DNA of 64,000 nt from Eledone cirrhosa (taxonomy: Eukaryota), in assembly GCA_964016885.1 (NCBI GenBank), contig OZ024762.1, forward strand, positions 26,970,001-27,034,000, written 5' to 3'. A program made the position numbers and the translations under genes. Positions within the stretch are counted from its first letter, which is position 1, and the number at the start of each line of letters is the position of its first letter. Below the pieces are notes generated by a model. The model made no database searches, was not told the origin of the DNA, and saw nothing but the letters and a program-made list of their open reading frames with translations. Below are positions 54,947 through 64,000 of the stretch, piece by piece.

Positions 54947-57340
54947 ATGGCGAGTCGATCTAACAGCACTAGGGTTAGAGCCCCTAATTACACTGTCAAG
55001 GAGCAGCCTGGTCGTTATGACTCTGCTGGCTTAGAGCCACAGAGAGGGCCAGTGGATGATGGATCAGCTGTCTCTGAGACAAATATAAAGAATGCAGTTT
55101 TGTCCTGCAGAAGAGCCATCAAAATGGGCACTTTGAATGTGAGGACTATTCGAACGCTGGAGAAGAGAGAGGAGTTAGGACATCTATTCGAGGAGAGTGG
55201 TATACAGATACTTGCGATCCAAGAACACAGGATTCTACACGATGAGCCCGTGAGGAGTGTGATGATCGGGAGGAAGAGCCAGCTCATCACTACATCGGCA
55301 GTGAAGAACACAACAAATGCTGCAGTAGGAGGAGTGGGTTTTGTGTTCAGTGCAAAAGCCAATCTGTTGGTGAGGGAAATAATGCCTATCTCCCCGCGAG
55401 TGTTGAGGGTGACCTTCAATGGAAACCCAAGACTGACAGTCATCTCAGCCTATAGTCCAACCGAGGGGGACAGTGATGTGAATGCCGAGGAGTTCCATGA
55501 GGAGGTGTGTAGAGCTGTCAACACCACTCAGGCACACAATATCCTGCTTGTTTTGGGGGACTTCAATGCACATCTGAGTAAGGAGGGCAGTGAAGATCCT
55601 TGCTGGTACTTCCATAACAACACCAACCGAAATGGAAGACTACTGAGAGACACCCTGCTGGAGGCGAACTTGATGGCGACCAACCTAAGGTTTAGGAAGA
55701 ATCTGGGGAAGATGTGAACCTACATCTCAGATATGCACCTGTCCAAGTCCCAGATTGATTTCATTCTGGTGAGGAAAAAGTGGCGGAATAGTGTTCTGAA
55801 CACGGAACCATACAGCTATTTCAGTACACTGGGTAGTGACCACCGGCTTGTTATGAGTGAGGTCCGCGTGAGCTTAAGAAAGAGCAAGGCTCAGCCCCGG
55901 AGAACAATCTATGACTGGGGAGCTTTCAAGGAAGATGATAAGCTACAGGAGAGGTTCACAGTGGAAGTGAGAAACAGGTTTAGTGCTCTGTGTGGAGAGT
56001 CAGAGGAGAGAGAGATTGGATGGACTGAGGAGAGTGTGACGAGGAGGTACGGGCACTTCACCAATGCAGTGGCGAAAGCAAGTGAAACCCTGGTGCCGAG
56101 GAAAAAGAACAAAGGGAAGCACGTCAGCTCTGCAAACCCAAAAGTGTGTGCAGCCAGAGAACACCTGAAAGCTGCCAGGGACCAATTCTATGCTGATCCT
56201 ACGGAGGAGAGGATGGAGACTGTGGAGGTGATGAGGGAAGAGCTCTGTACCGCTTACACTGAGGTCAGAGAGGAGGCACTGATAGAGAAGATCAGAAGCG
56301 TGGGGAGAGCGGTTGACAGATCTGGATGTAAGGAGAGCTGGATGATCATCAACGAGATCACAGGGAGGATGAAAAGGTGTTCGTGTCAGATCCAGGGAAC
56401 GGGGCCCGAGGATAGGAAGAGGAAATGGCTAAACCATTTTAGGACCCTACTAGGAGAGCCACCCTCCACAGCCCAGAACACTGGGGAGATCAGGCGGCTG
56501 TTTGAGGAACTGGATGTTGAGACAGAGCCCTTCACCAGAGAGGAGCTTCAGAGAGCCAAGAAGAAGATCAAGGAGGGCAAGGCTCATGGAGAAGATGGAG
56601 TGGCATCAGAGGTGATGAAGAGGTGTGATTTTGATGATATCATCCTGGGGTTCTGTAACGCGGCACTGGAGAAAGGAGTTGCCCCGAATCAGTGGAGGAT
56701 CAGTAACATCGTCCCAGTGCCAAAGAAGGGAGATCTCTCTAACACCAACAACTACCGGGGGATATCACTGACGTCACTTGTGGCAAAGACCCTCAACAGG
56801 ATGATTCTTAACAGGATCCAGCCTGAGATGGAGAAGAAGCTCAGGGACAACCAGAACGGCTTCAGAGAGGATAGATCAACCACCAGTCACATCCTGATGC
56901 TGAGGAGTATATTAGAGGGAGCTAGAGCAAAGTGCCTTCCTGCGGTCATGGTTTTCATTGACTTTAGGAAGGCCTTTGATTCTGTGGACCGTTACTGCCT
57001 GATGAAGATCTTACAGGCTTATGGAATCCCCAAGAGGATAGTGGACCTGATATCACTGCTCTACACCAACACCAAAGCCCAAGTCATTACACCTGATGGG
57101 ATGACAGAGTTCTTTGAGATACTGGCTGGAGTGCTCCAGGCAGATACATTGGCTCCCTACCTTTTTATCATCGTAGTGGACTATTGTATGCGCCTTGCAC
57201 TGGAGAAACACCAGGACTCTGGCTTTACTGTAGCACCGGCTCAGAGCAGGAGAGTTGGGGCGAAAAAGGTATCGGATGCTGAATTTGCCGACGACATAGT
57301 TTTGGTGACAAATACAGTGAAGGAGGCGGAGGATTTTATG
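54947..57340 (+). pseudogene. RTE EN-RT ORF, one in-frame TGA at 55715-55717, broken at the inversion point
   Basis: ORFs 54908..55717 and 55733..57475 share a frame; the tail after 57340 is microsatellite. Confidence 0.87.
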
Positions 57341-57430
57341 TGCATATATATGTATATATATGTATGTATTTATATATTTGTATACATATATATGTACATA
57401 TGTATGTATATATATGTATGTACGTATAAC

Positions 57431-57465
<35 letters not shown>

Positions 57466-57497
57466 TGGATTTTAGTCTTCAAATTTATTATTATTAT

Positions 57498-57535
<38 letters not shown>

Positions 57536-57796
57536 TACTTTATTCTTAAATCTGAAGCCGAGAATCATTGGGTTTCCTAAATAGGATTTTAGTCTATGAA
57601 TTCAGTTATACTATGAACGTGGTTTTGACATGGCCTCTAATTGTTCTCAACGCTCCATATAATGACGTAGTATCTTCGTTTTTTTCCGTTCTTTGCCAGG
57701 GAACGTTTCCAGCAACCAAAGTATCGTCTTCCTCTCTTCCTTCGGTTGCAACGTTTTTTGAAATATTTACTTCTGCGTTCACAGATTGAGCTTTTT

Positions 57797-57847
57797 AGTT
57801 TCAGAAGATCCCGTTCAGGGTGAAAGCAGCGATTCTTTGCTTAAACT
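57797..57847 (+). ncRNA. Hammerhead fold with variant core CAGAAGA
   Basis: agttt CAGAAGA t-ccc-gttca-ggg-t GAAA gca..tgCTT aaact. Confidence 0.55.
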
Positions 57848-57963
57848 TTAATCTGTTATTTTAATAAATATTTACGGTTCTTATATATTTGATATATATT
57901 TATCCTTATCGAGCCCTCTTTGGATTTTAGTCTTCAAATTTATTATTATTACTATATATAGAA

Positions 57964-58150
57964 GGGCGATGAATTGGCAGTATCGGTAGAGGGTTGGACA
58001 CCATGCTTTCTAGCATAGTTACGTCCCTTTACAGTCTGAGTTCAAATCCCGCCGAGGTTAACTTTGCCTTTCATCCTTACGGGGTCGATAAAATAAAGTA
58101 TCAGTAATGTACTGGGTAATTTGCTGGCCTTGTGCCTAAAGTAGAAACAA
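57964..58150 (+). mobile_element. tRNA-derived SINE family 1
   Basis: Matches the 23659 element. Confidence 0.85.
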
Positions 58151-58168
58151 TTACTATATATATATATG

Positions 58169-58216
<48 letters not shown>

Positions 58217-58459
58217 GTATATGTATGTATATGTATGTATATGTATGTATGTACGTATATATATGTATGTATTTATATATTTGTATACATATATACAAAT
58301 GTGTGTGTGTATTAATATACAAGCATGCATATTGTGTGAATTTATATATACATCGCAATATATATAGACAGTTATATATGTATAATTATATATGTCAAAA
58401 CATGTGAATATATGAATAAAAATATGAGTGTGCGTACACGTATAAATATATATATTTGT

Positions 58460-58494
<35 letters not shown>

Positions 58495-58495
58495 T

Positions 58496-58548
<53 letters not shown>

Positions 58549-58583
58549 AAAGAATAGAGGTGTAACACACAAGTTATTATATA

Positions 58584-59076
58584 TTGGTAAACGGAATAGA
58601 AAATGCTGACAAATTGTTCACAGTGAAAAGGAATAAGGAATAAATGAGAATTAGTAATTGTATTGCTTAGTATTCAGTTTTGGTATTAAGTTTTACCGGT
58701 TGCGCATTTCTAAATGCTTTTCAAAAATAATTTTGAGATAGAGCGTCCGTGATGTTTGCTGTGATCTGATTAGTTTTGGGAATTCTATCTGTTTTTATGT
58801 TAAAAAAATGGCTCCAACGCTATTAAAATTGGTTTTTGCGCCAATTCGTGTTGCAAAAATTCTTGTGGTCAAAACAATTTTGATTAGTCGGTAGAGGTCA
58901 TGTGAATGTAAAAAATTGATTTTGCGCCAAGACTGAGAAATGACTCTTTCACAACAAATATGTGTGTGTGTGTGTGTGTCTGTGTAGTAGTAGTAAAGTG
59001 TTCGTTGTTGTGATAATGGTTAGCAGGGATGTGTATGCAAACAGCAGCCTGTTGACAGTTCAAATGCCTATTAAGA

Positions 59077-59157
<81 letters not shown>

Positions 59158-59374
59158 CAGAGTAATTTGTGGTAGAGGGATGGTCAGTAGGAATGTGTCT
59201 GTAAGTGAGTGGGGGATATTTTAACATGTTAAAAGATATTTTTCAGCTCTTGCGCAACCGGTAAAACTTAAAACCAAAACTGAATACTAACCAATACTAT
59301 TACTAATTCTCATTTTTTCCTAATTAAACTATTTTTCACTGTGAACAATTTGTCAGCATTTTCTATTCCGTTTA

Positions 59375-59378
<4 letters not shown>
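58584..59378. mobile_element. MITE-like element with ~125-bp terminal inverted repeats, TA-flanked
   Basis: TTGGTAAACGGAATAGAAAATGCTGAC... at 58584-58706; reverse complement at 59251-59378. Confidence 0.75.
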
Positions 59379-59450
<72 letters not shown>

Positions 59451-59634
59451 TATAGGTTCGGAAAACATTTAGTAGTTGAGTAAAGTATTTCTGACGGGAA
59501 AATGGTGTGGACTTAATATTCCCGTTAGCTTATGATATGCTGAATAGCGTTTGTGCATGAATCTCTGCGTGTTTAAATCTTGAAGTTACGCGCACACACA
59601 CACACATACACACATAAACACACACCACGCACAC

Positions 59635-59669
<35 letters not shown>

Positions 59670-60451
59670 AAAAAAATTGTTTTTGCTCTCGACGTGGTGG
59701 ATAATAATAATATGACAATATCGAGTTCAAGAGTTCAAATCCCGACAGGTTAAATTTGCCTTTCATCCTTACCGATATCATAAAGTACCAGTAGTGCACT
59801 GGAATAAAAACTGGCCTTGTGCCCTAAGTAAAAATAATTATTAATATTCGGTTTGTTTACAAGTAAACAGCCTCATAAAACACCACGTGGTACAACACGT
59901 GGTAGAGATGACGACGTAAATATTTTGTTCCAGCGGTAACTGAGAGAAAACAATTGACAATTAACAACTCCTTTAATTTAACAATTTGCCCTCAGTAAGT
60001 ATAAACCGTGGGTATCATCAGTTTAATAACAGTTGCTTATATAGGCACAAGACCCTCAATTTTCGGGGAGGGGAAATTCGATTAGATCAACCCAGTGCGT
60101 GATTGACCACCTAAACGCTAATATAAAGTTTAAAACTGTCGCTAGATCTATTCCGCAACAATGCCCTACCATTTTGTCCGCATGGCGTAGTCCAGATATC
60201 AGCCATATTGGTTTCTTATATAGGCACAAGGTCAGCAATTTTAGGGAAGGGGAAGTCGATTAAATCGACCCCGTAAGAATGAAAGGCAAAGTTAACCTCG
60301 GTGAGATTTGACCAGAGTTTAATGATAATACAAGTCACTCAGGAAAAAAAATTAGAACAGATAATATATATATATATATATCACTTAACAATGTATCACG
60401 GTAAAAGTTTACAGTCAGAAATACCCTTTTAAAATATCATATATTTATATA

Positions 60452-60726
60452 CAGTGAAGCACCACCATTCGCAGTCTCGGTTATTCGCGATATTTTCTTT
60501 GGAACCTAACTAATAATTGTTCATGGATACGACCGCATATTCGAGGAATAGTAAGAATCTTCCGCGATTTTTTATAGCATTTTTCCAGGTAATATATATT
60601 TTTTCCCGCTTCTTTTACGCTAAATTATTAACAGCTATATACCGTATTTGCCGGGCTATATTTTATATTATGTTTTGACAGTTATAGCAATGTTTATGGA
60701 CCACGTCCAATATTCGCGGATTTTTG

Positions 60727-60774
<48 letters not shown>

Positions 60775-60815
60775 CTCCTTTGCTCTAGGAACATAAGCCC
60801 CGCGAATACCGGAGC
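60452..60815. mobile_element. Possible decayed Tigger/pogo-type MITE
   Basis: TA|CAGTG start, repeated TATTCGCG motifs, and an inverted CGCGAATA near the right end. Confidence 0.4.
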
Positions 60816-60817
60816 AC

Positions 60818-61080
60818 AGAAGTCAGCTCGAAAGTAACACAGAGGAGACTGAGGTTAGCTGCACATGCTCACCGACATTCAGATTTGACACTGCACTCAG
60901 TGTTCTTGTGGGAGCCCCCTACCCGGACACACTAGAAGAGGGAAACCGAGGAGGACATATATTGATGCCCTGAGGTCAGACATTGGTCTTTGGGAGATGC
61001 AGGACATGGCGGCAATGATGAAAGACAGAGACCGCTGGAAAGAACTCATACATGGATCTCAGTAATTTTACACGCCCTAG

Positions 61081-61082
<2 letters not shown>
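60818..61082 (+). mobile_element. RTE 3' fragment
   Basis: Matches the RTE C-terminus; ends gccctagat. Confidence 0.8.
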
Positions 61083-61178
<96 letters not shown>

Positions 61179-61229
61179 AGAGAGAGAGAAAGAGATAGAT
61201 AGATAGTTAGATAGATAGCAGGAGGGATA

Positions 61230-61510
61230 AAAATGCCAAGTTGAAGATGTTAGGGTCCTTTATTAATTGAGCAGTTATACATATTTCAATGACGATAGAT
61301 ATCGTGATTTCTTCAGACAGCAAACATTGATTAAAAGGTAATATTTTCGAGGCAGTTGGAAGGGAGCAGACTAAAAAACATGTGTATGTTTATACTTTGA
61401 GTGTCCGCTCCCTTCTGACCTGCATAGTCACAGGGCTGTATCTATCGTCATTGAAATATGTATAACTGCTCAATTAATAAAGGACCCTAGCATCTTCAAT
61501 TTCGCATTTT
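61230..61510. repeat. Fold-back (arms ~61230-61301 and 61439-61510) with hammerhead core on minus (61272-61322)
   Basis: CTGAAGA aatcacgatatctatcgtcatt GAAA tatgt ATA; stem I is weak. Confidence 0.7.
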
Positions 61511-61841
61511 CCTCTTTATTAATATACTCCGTCATCCTTGTTTTTAGGAAGCAATATGACTTTGAGTGCTAGAGGTGAATTGCGTCCTTGTATACAGAAT
61601 GTATATACATATATGTGTTTGTGTGTGTGTGTGTACGTGTGTGTGTGAGAGCATGCATGTGTGTTTGTGTAACACAATTACATTTTTAATGCTGTATACT
61701 AGAGTGCAATAAAAATCTAACCGCAAACCATATTCACATAGAAAGTCAATATGATTTACATATTAAAATATAACGCAAACTTGATATATATTTTCTTTTG
61801 TAGAATACTTAGATTTAACGCTACATTTCTATATATCTGTG

Positions 61842-61867
61842 CCTCTCTCTCTCTCTCTTTCTTTCTC

Positions 61868-61927
<60 letters not shown>

Positions 61928-62182
61928 TATCTATCACTTTCTTTTTCTCCCCCTCTTACATTTTCTCTCACTCACTCTCTCCCTTTCTCCCTCTCGCTAT
62001 GTCTCTCCCTGTCTCCCTCACACCCTTTCTCTCTCCCTCTCTTACTGTCTCACACATTCTTTCCCCTCTCACTCACTCTTTCTTATTCTCTCACTCATTC
62101 TCTCCCTTAATCTCTCTCTCCCTCTCTCTCTCCCTCTCTCTCCCTCTCTCTCCCCCCCCCTCTCTCTCTCTCTCTCCCTGTC
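61842..62182. repeat. (CT)n-rich polypyrimidine tract
   Basis: Read directly from the sequence. Confidence 0.9.
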
Positions 62183-62262
62183 TAGCGGTAACATCACATA
62201 CACAGACAAACGCTCATGCTCGTACATGCAAACAGACATATAAATATATATACATGTACATA

Positions 62263-62460
62263 CACACACACAAGCACATACGCACACACAAGCACATACG
62301 CACACACAAGCACATACGCACACACAAGCACATACGCACACACAAGCACATACACACACACAAGTACATACGCACACACAAGCACATACGCACACACAAG
62401 CACATACACACACACAAGTACATACGCACACACAAGCACATACACACACACAAGTACATA
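62263..62460. repeat. 18-bp minisatellite (cacacacaagcacatacg), about 11 units
   Basis: Read directly from the sequence. Confidence 0.9.
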
Positions 62461-62825
62461 TAACGCACAAAAGTACGCATATATAAACATATAGAAATGC
62501 ACAAACACAGACGCACAAACACACACACACACATACACACATAAACACACATACACACACACACTCACACGCACGCACATACACGTATACATATATTGTG
62601 GTGTTATGCATATTTCCGAGACGCCACTTCACGTAGATTATTATTTATAACAAGTTCCAGAAATGGACGAACTAATTTGCTTATATTCAGCAATTAAGTT
62701 TTCAGCAGTTAATTAAGATATATGATTATTAGTTCACTAAGCAATTTGAAAAATATATCCATATATATTCATATATGCGTGTATATATATGTGGGCGGGT
62801 GTGTGTGTGTGTATGTGTGTGTATA

Positions 62826-62882
<57 letters not shown>

Positions 62883-62955
62883 TATATATACATATATATA
62901 GACTTATATACATTTATATATATATATATACATATATATACATTTATATACATAC

Positions 62956-63003
<48 letters not shown>

Positions 63004-63079
63004 ATAAATGTATATATATGTATATATATATATGTATATAAGTATATATGTATATATATATATGTATATATCATTTTTT

Positions 63080-63250
63080 TCTACTTTTGGCACAAGGCCA
63101 GAAATTATCCCAGTGTATTACTGGTACTTTATTTTATCGACCCCGTAAGGATGAAAGGCAAAGTTAACCTCGGCGGATTTCAACTCAGAACGCAAAGGGC
63201 CATAACTATGCTGCAAAGCATGGCGCCTGACGCTCTACAGATACCGCCTT
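63080..63250 (-). mobile_element. tRNA-derived SINE family 1
   Basis: Reverse complement of the 23659 element. Confidence 0.85.
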
Positions 63251-63306
63251 ATATATATATTATAATAATGCATCCGCCTGTTTGTTCGTGTCTTCTTTTA
63301 TTGATA

Positions 63307-64000
63307 TATCTATCTATCTAGGGATGGTAAATTTCCCTAGATCCATGGACGAGTTCTCTCCAGCAGTCTCTGTCCCTCATTATCGTTGCCATGTCCTGCG
63401 TCTCCAACAGACCAGTGTCTGTCCTTAGGACATCAACATACCTTAACCTTGGTCTTCCCCTTCCAGTGTGTCCATGCAGAGGCTTCCACAGGAGCACTGA
63501 GTGTAGTGTCAACTCTGTATGTCGGTGAGCATGTCCAGCTAACCTCAGTCTCCTCTGTGTCACTTTTGAGCTGACTTTTGCGAGGCTTCTGTACAGCTCT
63601 GAGGTTTTCATCCTCAGTGTATACTGATTAATGTTCAAAGCGATCCTCATGCATTCTCGGGTAGCACCCATCCACCATCTGAGTGAGTTTCTTGGTCAGT
63701 GTCCAAGTCTCAGACCCGTACAGCAGCACAGACTCCACTACAGCAATGAAGAGGCGGATCTTCAGGTCTCCACGAAGGTCCGACTTCCACAACGATCTCA
63801 AGCTGTGGCACGCAGCCCATGGCTTTGCTCTTCCTCTCAACGACATCATCTTCCGTATTCCCAATCTTTGCTCCCAAATACAGGAAGTCCTGAACCAATT
63901 CTAGCGGCTTCCCGCCTTTATTATTGATCCCCTCTGGTTCTCAACATTCTTTACCAGATATTTTGTCTTAGTCTCATTCATTCTCAGCCCCACACTCATC
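63307..64000 (-). mobile_element. RTE-clade LINE 3' part with (TAGA)n tail (continues beyond window)
   Basis: Frameshifted homologue of 54038-54737. Confidence 0.88.

Larger units (their letters stand above)
54027..57340. mobile_element. Near-full-length RTE-clade LINE with 5' inversion (3' part 54027-54737 minus; 5' part 54738-57340 plus)
   Basis: EN (GTLNVRT, QEHR, YSPT, GDFNA, QIDFI, SDHR) and RT (PKKGD, YRGISL, QNGFR, DFRKAFDS, FADD). C-terminal part and (TAGA)n tail on minus. Confidence 0.92.

Noticed and set aside
55715-55717. In-frame TGA as possible selenocysteine or readthrough (also 5978-5980)
   Set aside because: Both are single-copy changes at expected Trp or Cys codons. Copy A has TGC at the Tx1 site, and no SECIS was seen.

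Overview
Eukaryotic, AT-rich, transposon- and microsatellite-saturated DNA with no recognisable host gene. From recall, the SINE families suggest an octopod cephalopod; this is an inference. Most short ORFs in the track are microsatellite artefacts. Protein-coding retroelements: two head-to-tail Tx1/L1-clade LINEs (1-8944, minus) with every visible junction in a (GATA)n tract; an RTE-clade LINE family, two insertions of which show twin-priming-type 5' inversions; CRE-like and R4-like endonuclease fragments; and several decayed Penelope-like elements (PLEs). Other elements: two tRNA-derived SINE families, an RTE-derived non-autonomous element, an LTR with a primer-binding site, a Helitron 3' end, MITE-like elements and two small satellites. 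The most striking feature is more than 10 type I hammerhead ribozymes (HHRs) folded by hand. They sit in short ORF-less units next to (TA)n, arranged as fold-back hairpins or tandem arrays. One example is a 425-bp retrozyme-like tandem with a covarying HHR stem at 29.7-31.2 kb. All calls were made by eye; boundaries are approximate.
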